Part shown: positions 39,201 to 51,300 of the stretch, in pieces | Position numbering within the stretch: position 1 is the stretch's first letter | How the letters are laid out: each line of letters starts with the position of its first letter | NCBI RefSeq assembly: GCF_004010195.1 | Contig: NC_057721.1 | Location: 34,967,166 to 35,027,437 of the forward strand | DNA from: Chiloscyllium plagiosum | Lineage: Eukaryota | Direction of reading: 5' to 3' | DNA: 60,272 nt | Notes under the pieces: model-generated | What the model was told of the DNA's origin: nothing | Seen by the model: only the letters and a program-made list of their open reading frames with translations | The model's database searches: none | Translations under genes and position numbers: made by a program

Positions 39201-40227
39201 TTCAGCGACTAACTAATATGGTTATTGCTGGATTACCTAACCGTGTGGTGTATATTGATGACCTGGTGATTTTTAGTCACTCATGGAAGAAACATTTACG
39301 GCATTTATTGGACTTGTTTGATTGACTTCGGAAGGCAGACTTGGTGATAAGCCTAGCTAAAAATGAATTTGCAAAGCCCAAGGCACCTTTCTGGACCATG
39401 TTATTGGACATGGACAAATGGCCCCACAAGATGCCAAAACTAAAGTAATTAGGGAATTTCCCACACCATCAAAAAAAAAGCAGTACCACGGTTCCTGAGA
39501 TTGAGTGGATTTTACTGAAAGTTTGTACCAAATATTAGCAGTGTGGCTGCTCCACTCACCGAATTGTTAAAAAAGGACAAGAGGTTTCAGTGGACATCGG
39601 ACTGTCAAAAGGCACTTATTTGACAGCCTAAAAACTGTGTTAACTACTGCCCCAGTATTAGCCACACCGGATTATACGAAGCCTTTCAGGATGGCTATCG
39701 ATGCCAGTGATGTGGGTGACAATATGGGGCTCCTGCAGGAGGATGATGAGGGAATAGAAAGACCCATCAGATATTTTTCCATCAGATGTTCATCAACAGA
39801 AATATTCAATGGTGGAGAAAGAGACTTTAAGCTTAGTGTTGGCATGACAACACTTCAGTGTTTATTTTACCAGCAATGCATCTGAGACATTCATATACAC
39901 TGATCACAACCCATTGACATTTGTGGAAAAATTTAAGGACAAAAATGCCAGACAGTTTAGATGGAGCTCATTGTTGCAGCCATTCAATTTGACAATTCTG
40001 CATGTGACAGGTCACAAAGACATGATTGCTGATGTGTTATCAAGACTCGAATGAGATATGGAGGCATTTGGTGGTGGGTGTGCCACGCCCAAAACATGCG
40101 TATGATTGTGCATGTTTGCATGTTTATAGTTAGTATAGTGTATATGTGTGTTTAGACTACTGACCAGGTTTTGAAGGGTTAAAAATGAAGCCATCTTTTG
40201 GTATTGATGTTTTTTTAAGGGGAGACA
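36257..40227 (+). mobile_element. Gmr1-like Gypsy internal region, copy 2 (deleted gag, protease, integrase, RT, RNase H)
   Basis: Integrase (about 37550-38070) precedes RT (YQFKVMPFG, VYIDDLVIFS at about 39150-39280) and RNase H (DASDVG, TDHNPL); polypurine tract aaggggaga before the 3' LTR. Confidence 0.92.
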
Positions 40228-40875
40228 TGTCACAAAGCTAGGCCCTTTTTTTCTAAGAGCTGTTCCTTGACTCAAGGAGACGCTGTCATTGATTTTTTTC
40301 AGAGAGGTAATAAACTGGGCCAGACTCCGATCAGTCTGGTTTGGTACAGAGATGAAAAGGATTTTGAGAGACCTTTTGTTCATATGTAAACAGATGAGAC
40401 TTCAGGCCAAAGTGGTCATGTTTTCGAAGTGACCTGTATAAAGAGAGGGGAGTGGTTAGCTCTCTAGCTAGCTCAGCTAGGCAATTTTTAGTTCAGTCTT
40501 GAACTGGGAAGTTTACAGGGAGCTGTGTGGAAACTCTCTCTCTCTTTTCTGTCTTCACCTTCAACCTGTAAGCATGTGTTACATTTACACTGGTTTTTAA
40601 AGGGTGTTTGCTCATTGGGACTGTAGTGTGTATTCGGAACAGCATAATTAAGACTAGCTGGATAGGTTGAGTTCTGTAGGGATCCTTTATTCTGTTCTTT
40701 GTGCCTCATTGTGTAATGTTGTGAATAAACTTTTTGTCTGTTTTAAAATCTAGTAGTCAACCTAGCTATCTTACTCCGAGTACTTTTCACTGTATACTTA
40801 CTGAAATAATTGCAAAGTTAGGTCTAGGGCTGCTTGCCTAAGAATGTTTGAAGTGGTCTGGTCTAGTCCATAACA
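40228..40875 (+). repeat. 3' LTR (LTR-C), partner of LTR-A
   Basis: TGT...ACA; followed by GTCA (40876-40879), matching 24653-24656. Confidence 0.92.
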
Positions 40876-41055
40876 GTCATTAGTAAATAATATGAATAAT
40901 TGAGGCCTTAACGCATATCCACGTGGGACACCATTAGTTACATCCTTCCCAATAGTCATATCCTAACTTTCTATCACCTGCCATGTCAATAATTTGTCCT
41001 CAATTCCATGGGCTTCCACCTTAGTTAACAATCTCTTATGTATGACTTTCTAAAA
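40876..41055 (-). mobile_element. Continuation of host CR1 from 24656
   Basis: Antisense RT (gtgggacaccattagttac, caattccatgggcttcc). Confidence 0.7.
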
Positions 41056-41315
41056 AAGTGGAAATTTAAGATTAGGATAATTCGTTAGGGACTTTTGTCA
41101 GTTTGTAAACATGAGATGTTTACTCTTCAGGAAGGGGGAGGTTTCCTGTCCAAAAGCGGAGTTTTATGTCCGGTTGGATGTGTCATGGATTTCTAACAAG
41201 CAGAGCATTTCTTCTTTGTCACATAAATAGTTGTTTTAGTTGTTAGACATGTGTTTTATTAAATTATAGTAGAAAAAGAGATTTTCATTAGCTCCATGTC
41301 TTTGTGATGCCTTAA

Positions 41316-42441
41316 AGAACATAGAACATAGAAAAGTACAGCACAGAACAGGCCCTTTGGCCCATGATGTTGTGCTGAGACTTAATCCTAATGTAAAATA
41401 TAGTAACTTAACCTACGCATCCCTCAATTCACTGCTATCCATGTGCATGTCCAGCAGTCACTTAAATGTCCCCAATGACTCTGCTTCCACCACCTTAGCT
41501 GGCAACGCATTCCATGCATTCACAACTCTCTGCATAAAGAACCTATCTCTGACGTCTCCTTTATACCTTCCTCCTAATATCTTCAAACTATGACTTCTCG
41601 TACCAGTCAATCCTGCCCTGGGGAAAAGTCTCTGGCTATTGATTCTATCTATTCCTCTCATTATTTTGTACACCTCGATCAGGTCTCCTCTCTTCCTCCT
41701 TCTCTCCAGAGAGAAAAGTCTGAGCTTATTCAACCTTTCTTCATAAGGCAAGCCCTCCAGTCCAGGCAGCATCCTGTAAACTTTCTTTGCACCCTCTCCA
41801 AAGCCTCTGTATCTTTCCTATAGTAGGGCGACCAGAACTGGACACCCTACTATAGATCTCACCAGGGACTTGTAGAGCTACAGCAAAACCTCGCGGCTCT
41901 TAAACTTGATACCCCTGTTAATGAAAGCCAAAACAGCATATGCTTTCTTAACAACCCTATCCACTTTGGTGGCAACTTTGAGGGATCTATGCACTTGCAC
42001 ACCCAGATTCCTCTGTTCCTCCACACTGCATAGAATCCTGTCTTTAATCCTATATTCAGAATTCGAGTTCGACCTTCCAAAATGCATCACTTCGCATTTA
42101 TCCAGGTTGAACTCCATCTTCCATTTCTCAGCCCAGCTCTGCATCCTGGCTATGTTGCACTGCAGCCTGCAGTAGCCGTCAATACTATCGACAACACCTC
42201 CAACTTTTGTGCCATCTGCAAATTTACTAACCCACCCCTCAACCTTCTCATCCAAGTCATTTATAAAAACTACAAAGAGCAGAGGCCCAAGAACAGAGCC
42301 CTGTGGGACCCCACTCAACACTGTCTTCCAGGCAGAATACTTTCCATCTACAACCACTCTCTGCCTTCTATCAGCCAGCCAATTCTGAATCCAGATAGCC
42401 AAATCTTCCTGTATCCTACACTTCCTGACTTTATGAATGAT
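41316..42441 (-). mobile_element. 5'-truncated CR1 LINE
   Basis: ORF 41878-42492 has SGVPQGSVLGPLLF and SKFADGTK; (AGAACAT)n tail at 41316. Confidence 0.92.
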
Positions 42442-42859
42442 AGCACACCTTTGTGGAACATGTAACATCTGAAGTGGATGAGACTGATTCAAACTAATCT
42501 AAAATAATCTGACCTCCCTTTTCAGACTTGCATGATCCTTCTTGAACTTCTTGGCATGATTGATCAAATCCTCTTAATGCCTTTGCATTGTTGTGCAGCC
42601 AGATGGAACTACTCATTCTTGGAGGCTACCTAATTGTTTCCAGAGTATCCTGAAGATACTTCTCTTTCTTAGGAACAGGAGGAAGCCGTTCAGTCCCTTG
42701 TCATTAAATAAGATCATGGTTGATCTCTGGCCTAACTCCATATGCCTGCCTTGGGCTCATATCTCTTGATATTCTTGCTTATAAAAACATTCCCGCTCCC
42801 ACACAATTTTCTCTGCTGTCCAACAAAAATTTATGCTTTACCTCCATTTGTTTCTCACC

Positions 42860-43044
42860 TATGTGCCATCATGGCAGATATGAGGGGCATTTAAGGGACC
42901 TTTAGATAAGCATATGAATATACAAGGATGGAGGAACATGGACCAATGGCAGTCAAAAGGGATTAGTTTAATTTGGCGTTATTTTTGGCATAACATTGTG
43001 GGTCAATGGGTCCGTTCCTGTGCTGTAACTTTCGATGTTCTAGG
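42860..43044 (+). mobile_element. CR1 3' tail fragment
   Basis: gggcatttaag...ttagataagcatatgaat...tgtgctgtaactttcgatgttct. Confidence 0.65.
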
Positions 43045-44064
43045 AGAAAGTGAGGACTGCAGATGGTGGAGATCAGAGTTGAGAGTGTGGTGCTGAAAAA
43101 GCACAGCATTTCAGGCAGCATCAGAAGAACAGGAAAATCAACGTTTTGGGCATAAGCCCTTCAGGAAGGAGGCTTGTGGACCGGGGGTGCTGAGAGATAA
43201 ATGGGAGGGAGGTGGGGCTTGGGGGGAAGGTAGCTGAGAATGAAGGTGGGGGAGAAGATGACTGATAGGAGAGGAGGTGGGAGCGGATAGGTGGGAAGGA
43301 TGATGGACAGGTCAAGAGGGCTGTGCCGAGTTGGAGACTTTGGACTGGGATAAGGTGAGGGGATACCCACACCAACCAACCCCACTGCCCTTTGGCTGAA
43401 CAATTTAACTCCCCCTCCCACTCCACCAAGGACATGCAGGTCCTGGGCCTCCTCCATCATTAAACCCTAACCACTGGACGTTTGCAGGAAGAATGCCTTA
43501 TCTTCTGCCTTGGGACACTGCAACCACACAACCTCCTTTCGTTTTCACCCTATGAAAGCATTTGCTTGCTCCATGAACTAGAACAAAGTTTTCTGCAAGT
43601 TTTTTTTCTGCAGCAGGGTCTTATTCAATCACTAGAACCTTTTTTTTTACAGAGTTCGATGATATAACGCATTGTTTTGAATTGTTCAAAAATACATATC
43701 TGTTTAAAACAAAGAAGTCTCACCAGGATCAACTTGGATTTCACCAGTTTCTTCATTTCCCCTCCCCCCACCTTACCCCAGTCCTAAGCCTCCAACTCCA
43801 CACCACCCTCTTGACCCATCCATCGTCCTTCCCATCTATCCGCTCCACCCTCCTCTCCTAACTATCACCTTCTCCCTCACCTTATTCTACCTATCCATTC
43901 TCAGCTACCTTCCCCACAGCCCCACACCCTCCCATTTATCTGTCACCATCCCGCCCCCCATCCCAGCCCACAAGCCTCATCCCTAATGAAGGGCTAATAT
44001 TGATTTTCCTCCTCCTCCGATGCTGCCTGACCGGCTGTGCTTTTCCAGCACCGAACTCTCGACT
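43045..44064. mobile_element. Penelope-like element 3' end with inverted pseudo-LTR; contains a foreign 194-bp insert
   Basis: Minus arm 43045-43365 and plus arm to 44064; GIY-YIG-region remnant (AEQFNSPSH, EECLIFCLGTLQP); 10-bp TSD atgttctagg (43035-43044, 44065-44074). Confidence 0.8.
43531..43724 (-). repeat. Inverted diverged copy of 44783-44978 (donor site and start of the leader intron of the CD200-like gene)
   Basis: Reverse complement begins ggtgagacttct and ends catagggtgaaaacgaaagg; colinear with 44783-44978. Confidence 0.9.
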
Positions 44065-44149
44065 ATGTTCTAGGTTCACCCAAAATCATAACATTAATTT
44101 CCTCCAATTAAATATTGGGAAGACTGAAGTGAGCATCTTTGACCCTGGC

Positions 44150-44740
44150 CATAAACACAGCGAACTTCATCGTTGACTGGACTAGTCTGCGTTGAAACTG
44201 CCCGAGGCTGACAAAAACTGTTTATCAGGGCGAAAGTGAGGACTGCAGATGCTGGAGGTCAGAGACAAGATTCAGGTTGGTGCTGGAAAAGCACAGCAGT
44301 TCAGGCAGCATCCGAGAAGCAGGGAAATCGACGTTTCGGGCAAAAGCCCTTCATCAGAAAAGCTTTCATTGTATTATTGAGTTTCCTTCGGCGTTCATCT
44401 TAACATAAGAACCAGCAGTTTAACAGGTACGCGGAACTTCTCTTCCCTCTTCCTGACTCGGCAGCTGACCAACCTCGCCCCCTCCTGGAAGACATGTGAA
44501 CTATTTGGTTAAATCCAGCTGCTATAATTTAAATCAAACAGTCGTGCACATGATAGCGTTATTTCCTCCAACGCAGAGGGGTTACTGAAGCATAGCGAAT
44601 ACAGTATATGAAACAGAAAGAACGCCTTTGGTATTGTTTTCACCAAGTTGGGACTCTCCAGTATAGAACCCCTGATTCATTAATGTTTGTTGTTGCTGTT
44701 CCCTGAAAATTCCTTCTTGGAGCTGGGCGAACGTTTGCAG
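44150..44740 (+). promoter_or_regulatory. Candidate promoter and 5' UTR of the CD200-like gene, with a possible non-coding exon ending at 44426
   Basis: Locally raised CpG retention; CAG|GTACGC donor-like site at 44426/44427; TTTGCAG directly before the ATG at 44741. Inference only. Confidence 0.35.
44228..44359 (-). mobile_element. Penelope-derived short insertion with intact minimal hammerhead core (44330-44357)
   Basis: Minus strand reads CUGAUGA-A-GGGC-UUUU-GCCC-GAAAC-GUC, then the family 3' sequence ending gcagtcctcactttc. Confidence 0.8.
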
Positions 44741-44783
44741 ATGAAACTTTTTATCGTCGGACTACTGGTTACTGTTATAGACG
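44741..44783 (+). CDS. CD200-like gene, leader (signal peptide) exon MKLFIVGLLVTVID-G
   Basis: ATG, basic residue and hydrophobic core; phase-1 donor G|GTGAGA compatible with the phase-1 V exon. The leader is short, so an upstream extension is possible. Confidence 0.65.
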
Positions 44784-45866
44784 GTGAGACTTCTCTATTT
44801 TAAACGGATATATATTTTTGAACAGTTCAAAACGATGCATGAGACCATCTATCTCTGTTTTGAAAAGTCAGGTTCTAGTGATTGAATGAGATCTTATTGC
44901 AGAAAAACAATTGCAGAAAACTTTGTTCTAGTTGATGGAGCAAGCAAATGCTTCCATAGGGTGAAAACGAAAGGTCGTACTTGGTAAATTAACATGAGTT
45001 AAGTTGTAAAAATTGCTGTAATAATGGGGATGAATAGTTACATTAAAATTACGAAAATGTATGTATTGAATGTTGTCATGACGACCTGAGCTTATTTTCA
45101 AAAGTGGAGCATTTTAACATTAGAGTAGGACGAGCAGGACATTGCAATCTATCCATTCGCTGTACTAGCGGTTGTTCTTGCCTAAGCCCTGTATGAAAAC
45201 TTCGGTGAAATGCAATCTTATATGAGGAATAACTTTTGTTCAAACAGCCCTTGTTCTGTAACCTCCCTATTTAGGAGTCAGAAGCTTCACGTACAATTCC
45301 TACTAGATTGAGATTCTTTTCCAAGCAGATTGAGTTTCAACTTGTGAACGCTTATAACACATACCAGTCGCAGGCGGTAAGAATCAGAGGGATTCTCAGT
45401 CAGCTGCAGAACACAATGAACACAATCATTGTACCCTGCCATGCAAAACAGTGTACCAGTACAGAACTCCATGGCTGCAAATGCTCTTTCAGAAATAGTG
45501 TCATTCAGAGAGGCTAATGCTAATCTCTTGAGCATCCCTGATTTGTTTTTTCTCATGCCATTATTTGACCATGTAAACAAAGGAGAACTATTTAAGCTGC
45601 TGAACAAAATATTTTGTCTGCTGAAGCTGCTCAGTGTTATTTTATGAAAATATGATGAGAATAGTCAGCTTAGGATAACATCAGAATCCTTTTAAATCTG
45701 AAATGGGGTCAAACAATGTTAAGGTCTGACACCAATGATCTTTGGTATATTCTTTTGTTATTGTTAGAGTTGTCATATGCCATCACCTTCAGAGGGTGTC
45801 TATATAAATACCAGAATGATAGAAAATTGTTCAGCCTTGTTCACCTAGGATCCAAGAAGAAGGGTC

Positions 45867-46583
45867 AAAAAGTGTGGTGCTGGAAAAACATAGCAGGTGG
45901 GGGGTGGAGTTGACGTGGTCAGCCACAAGGCGGTGGGGCTGTTTGGTGTGTGTATCCTAGAGAACTGTCAATGTAGTCTCCTCTACATTGGGGAGACAGG
46001 ACGCCAACTCGTGAAGCATTTCAGGGAACATTTCTGGGACACATGCACCAAACAACCCCTCTGCCCTGTGGCCGGACATTTCAATTCTCCCTTTCACAGG
46101 ATGTGCAAGTCCTGGGCTTCTTCCATCACTAAATCCAACCTACCAAACGACTGAAGGAAGAACGCCTCATCTTCCACCTCGGGACCCTCCAACCAAATGG
46201 CATCAACATTGATTTCATTAGTTTCCAAATCTCCCCTTCCACATCTCATTCCAGATCCAACTCTCAACCTCAGCACCGTCCTCTTGACGTGTTCCACTTG
46301 CCCATCTTCCTTCTCACCTATCCCCTCCACCCTCCCCACTGACCTATCACAATTACCCCCCATCTGCATCCAACTATCACCTTCCCAGCTACTTCCCCCC
46401 CCAGCCCCACCCCCACCCCATCCCCCATTTACCTCTCTGCCTCCTTCGTCTTGCACATTCCTGATGAAGAGCTTATGCCTGAAATGTTGACTCTCCTACT
46501 CCTCGGATGCTGCCTGGCCTGTGCTTGTCCAGTGCCACACTTCTTGACTCTGACTCTCCAGCATCTGCAGTCCTTAATTTCTA
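45867..46583 (+). mobile_element. Penelope-like element 3' end (GIY-YIG endonuclease remnant, degenerate hammerhead, inverted 5' piece)
   Basis: CQCSLLYIGETGRQLVKHFREH; ctgatgaagagcttatgcctgaaatgtt near 46461; imperfect TSD caagaagaagggtc / caagaggaaaggtc. Confidence 0.8.
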
Positions 46584-47119
46584 CAAGAGGAAAGGTCCAC
46601 TGTGAGCCTTTCAGGGAGTTGCTGTATGCTGATGATGTCCCAGTAGCATTCCATCTGAATTATGCCATTGTCATAGGGCAGAGCAATAGATGATCCAGGG
46701 AGCCACTTCTGCCCATTTTGAGAATCTTTTAATAGTTTCTGCTCTTGCTTGCTTGGCTGCCATCAAGTGAAACATATGTCAAAAAAAATTGTCATCAGGA
46801 AATACTTTATGATGTAATTTTAAAAACACTCAATTGTGTCAATCTATCAGCTGTAACACAATTTGACATTTGAAAGACGTGTGGAACCTATATGCTGTTA
46901 TAGCTTAGTGTATGATTCCTTACAAAGCTTTATAAAAATTAAACATTTTAAAAATGTACCTAGTGGCATACTTGTATCCAAACAAAAGTTAATTTTAAGA
47001 GACTCCTTAAGGTCCTACTGAGCAAAATCCAGTGCTTTTTGCTTTCTATATTCACAGAACAGGATACATTTGAATTTGCTTGGAAGGAAGTACTCTGGAA
47101 CATTCCATATATATTGGAA

Positions 47120-47797
47120 TACAATGGAGGAAATGTGTGAGGTCATGCACCTTGGTAGGAAGAATAGAGACGTAGACTGTTTTCTAAATGGAGAAAAGCT
47201 TTGGAAATCTGAAGCACAAAGGGACTTTGTCTTAGGATAGACTACAAGAGAACGGATAGTCTTCTGAGGCTGTATAAAGCTGTATTTGGCACATTCTGAG
47301 CAGTTTTGGAGCCATGCATAAGCAAGGATGTACTGGCCTTGGAAGAGTCAAGAGGAGGTTCACAAGAATCATCCTGGGATAAAGGGCTTGTCATATGAGG
47401 AGCAGTTGAGAACTCTGCGTCTATATTTGATGGAGTTTAGAAAGATGAGGGAGCATCTCATTGAGATTTACAGAATATGAGAGGCTGGATAGAGTGCAAG
47501 TGGAGAAAATTTGAGGGCACAGCCTCAATGTGAAAGATTAAGAAGAATTTCTTCATCTGAGGCTTGTGAATCTGTAGAACTTAATGCTACAAAAGGCTGT
47601 GAAGGACAAGCTCATTGAGTGTCTTTAAGACAGAGATAGATAGATATATAGGTTCTTGATTAGTAAGGGGATCAAGAGTTACTGGGGAGAAGGCAAGAGA
47701 GTGGGTTTGAGAAACATATCAGCCATGATTGAATTGTCGAGTGGATTCAGTGGGCCAAATGGCCTAATTCTGCTCCTATATCTTATGGTCTTATGGT
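47120..47797 (+). mobile_element. CR1 3' fragment
   Basis: KCEVMHLGRKN-like motif and tail tcttatggtcttatggt. Confidence 0.8.
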
Positions 47798-47834
47798 ATA
47801 TGCTTCCCTGAAACATAACATTATGGATTTATAG

Positions 47835-48515
47835 CCTCATACAAGACAGAAACAGACCCTTTAGTCCAACTCATTCATGACAACTAAGCTTCCCAAACTA
47901 AACTAGTCCCATTTTCCTGTGTTTGACCCATATCCCTTTAAACATCCCCTTTCATGGACCTGTCCAAATGTCTTTTAAATGTCATAACTGTACCTGCATC
48001 TACCACTTCCTCTGCAGTTATTCTGCATACGCACCATCTTCTGTGTGAAAATGTTGCCCCTCAAATCCTTTTAAAATGTTTCTCCTCTCACCTTAAAATT
48101 ATAGTTTTGAACTCCCCTGCCGTAAGGAAAAGACCATTGTTCTTCATCTTATCTATATCCCTCATGATTTTATAAACCTTTATAAGGTCACCCCTCAAGC
48201 TTCTATGCTCTAGTGAAAATGGTCCCAGCCAATCCAGCCTCTCCTTACAACTCAAATGCTCTGCACTCTCTCCAATTTAATAATATCCTTCCCATAGCAT
48301 GGTGACCAAAACTATACACAGTACTCCAAAAGTGGCTTCACCAATGTCCTGTACAACCACAACATGATATCCCAATTTCTGTACTCAGATCAATGAAGGC
48401 AAGCGTGCCAAATGCCTTCTTTATGACCCTGTCTACTTCTGACACAATCTTCAAGGAAGTAGTTATCTGAACCCCTAGGTCTCTCTATTCAACAACACTC
48501 CCCATTAACTATGTG
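47835..48515 (-). mobile_element. CR1 3' fragment
   Basis: Antisense of the HER1-type 3' region (tataaggtcacccctc, ccaaactaaactagtccc). Confidence 0.8.
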
Positions 48516-50279
48516 TTTTCTGGAATTAAACATGAGTTCAAGTGTGTTGTACCTGGGCAATGGGCCATAAATTCTGCCAGTCATGGCGTTTTTGTTTTGC
48601 TCCATGCAATTTGTTTTATTCGCATACAGCAACATAAACCTTGTGTTAAAGTCAATAAATGCAGAAAAAAAAATTGGATAATGGAGGGGATGTAGTCTGT
48701 GGATCTTGGTGATATGGTCTGAAAGAAGAGAAAAAGCAAGGAAAAACACAATAGAGTATTGCCAGATTAGAGTCTGAGTAAAGATATTCAAACCATGTAC
48801 TGGATTGCTAAAGCAAGGTTATTTACCAATCATCCAATGCAAGGTCTTTATACTATCCACTGTTTTAATGTTGATGTTGCATTCATCCCAACTAATCTCA
48901 CAGTGCAACAATCTTTTGAGTAGAAGATCAGATAATCTTGCACAAGACCCCAATGGGGATAGATGAGTCATCATCTCAGGCTCCTGATATTTATAATTAT
49001 GCCTAACTAGAATTTAAGTATATGTATTGCTATCATGCAATAAATTACACTATGCAAGACAAGTGCCTCTTCTCCTTCAGAGTCTAGTGTCTACCCTCTA
49101 ACACTATTAATTAGACAGGCTCTTAGACTCGGGATGAAAAGTGACAGTGAACTAGACCAAGCACAAGCCATCAGTGGTTAGTACCCAGAGTCCAATATGA
49201 TATCCTCCATTGCAGTCTCTGATTGTCGTGAAATCATGTATGTACATTCTTAAGGGTTCATTTCTTACACTACTGGCAATCACTACAACCTTGATACAAG
49301 GCAGGATTTTTGTCACATCATCTTGTAATCAGCTTGCAAGCCACAGGAGTCCAGATAAGCAGTTGTGTATGCTTGATACATTTACAATAAGAAAAATAAC
49401 ATAACACCAATCTTCCAGGATTGATCTGAAATGTCTAGAAATTAAAAATAATCTCCATAACATTGCTCAGAGAAGCCTTGAGTGGTGGGAGGGGTGGGGT
49501 TGTTAATCATAGATGTAAAACAAATTGTCCTGAAGAACATGAATGTACTAGTTCCAAAACTTTTTGAGATGGAGAAAATGGGCTGTTTGATTGGGCATGG
49601 AAGATCAAGCAATGGAACCTATAGGAATATAGCCAATCTTATTGAGAACCCTATTTGGCTCATTACTTTCCTTAATTTGCAGAGGATTTTTGCTGCAATA
49701 ACAACCTAGCCATCTTTTCCACAGTGCAGCTGGAATTTCAAGCCCAGCTAATGGTAGACTCCTTCCTAATAGTGTTAATTTTGCTGAAAGTCTTCTGTGC
49801 ATGTGAGTTGAACCCCAAACAGTTCGGGTTTCTGCTAATACCAGGGGATCAAGTGAGCTGCTCTAACACTGGTGCTGGAAGATAATCCAAGGCCCTGTGT
49901 CCTAACTGGACAAGATTCTAACACTTGAACTAAGAATTATTTGTTCCTGGTTATGTATGGTAGTTGTCTAGTGAAGGTATCAATCAAAGTTGTTACTTTG
50001 AATCAGAAACCTTCTATATGGTTTCTGCGCGAATAGTTCAGCTCGGAACATAGACTGTGCTTACATGAATTAAATAATTTCCAATGTCATTTGTTGTGAA
50101 TGACAGTGAGTTATCTAAACAGCCAGATGCAATTTTTTCAAGCTCACATGTAAGCACAAAGCAAATATTTTCCAGCTGATACACCAGAATCTAATAATGT
50201 TTGAAGAAACAGTTTGTTTAGATATAATAATTTGAGTAAAATTTTAATGTGCGTTGTCATTAATATAAATTACTTCAGG

Positions 50280-50866
50280 ATTTCAGAATTTTCCAAGTGC
50301 TTTACAGTCAGTTAAGAGTAGTTGAATATATTAACTGTTGTAAAGTAGGAAATGCAACAGGCAATTTATGCAAACAAATATCCTCCAAACAGTAATTCAA
50401 TAATGGTTAGCTAATCTGTTTCAATGATATGGGGGTGGCATGGTGGCTCAATGATTTGCACTGCTGCCTCACACCACCAGGGACCTGGGTTTGATTCCTC
50501 ACTGTGTGAGTTTCCTCCAGCGCTCTGGTTTCTTCCCACAATCCAAAGATGTGCAGATTAAGTGGATTGGTCACCCTAAATTGCCCTTTGGTGTCTAGGA
50601 ATGTGTAGACAAGTTGAGTTAGCCATGGTAAATACTGGGATACTCTTTGATTTGTTGGGTCAAATGGCCCCTTCCTGCACTGCAGGGATTCTATGGTTCT
50701 ATATTATTTGAAGGATCAATATTATCCTGGACACAGGCTAACCTGTTTGATCTTTTACAAATAGTGCTCTGACATCGCTTATATTACCTGAGAGGGCAGA
50801 TGGAAGCTTGCATTGATTTATCATCTCTTTTGACTCCAACATGAGATTGCTGAGCCATGGTTGGTT
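50280..50866 (-). mobile_element. Ancient DeuSINE (AmnSINE1/SacSINE1-like) remnant interrupted by an HE1 SINE
   Basis: caagtgctttacag...aactgttgtaaagtaggaaatgc and acctgagagggcagatgg match recalled antisense Deu-domain and tail sequence. Confidence 0.5.
50431..50702 (+). mobile_element. Degenerate HE1-type SINE
   Basis: gggggtggcatggtggctca...gcactgctgcctcacacc head; gattctatggttct tail. Confidence 0.8.
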
Positions 50867-50964
50867 CACTACAATTTGAAAACCACTAAATAATTTAGTA
50901 TTGAAACTCCACAGATGCTATGGAAGTATTGATGTGTTTTGCTATATTTTTCTTGCATTCACAG

Positions 50965-51300
50965 GAAATCCTCCAAATGTGGAGACCGAGAAGACTGTGA
51001 CAGCACTTTTAGGTGGAAATGTTACCTTCAACTGCACTTCACATTTTAAAGACATTGTACAAGTCACCTGGCAAAGGTTACGCGGTCAATCTAAGGATAA
51101 TATTGCCACATTTAGTGAAAAAAATGGAGCTTATATACTTGAGTCGTTTAGTGATAGAGCTGCCTTCATACAATCAAAGCTGCAAGTGTCCACCCTTGCA
51201 GTGTCTGGAGTGATGTTTGAAGATGAAGGATGTTATAAATGTATTTTCACTACATTCCTTGCTGGCCATAAGACTGGGACAACCTGCCTGATTGTGGTTG
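50965..51300 (+). CDS. CD200: CD200 (OX-2 membrane glycoprotein)-like Ig V-set exon 1
   Basis: Acceptor tttcttgcattcacag, donor G|GTAAGA, 336 nt, phase 1-1. VTFNC, QVTWQ, NIATFSEKNG and EDEGCYKCIF...GTTCL match the CD200 V domain, including its extra F-G strand cysteines. Family-level call; orthology is untested. Confidence 0.88.

Noticed and set aside
24657-40875. Two independent Gypsy insertions in tandem
   Set aside because: One TSD spans the whole block, LTR-B has no matching TSD at LTR-C (acat vs gtca), and the duplicated segments share inactivating mutations.
45287-45647. Overlapping 69-106-aa ORFs in the leader intron as extra exons
   Set aside because: No Ig motifs, recognisable domain or compatible splice sites.
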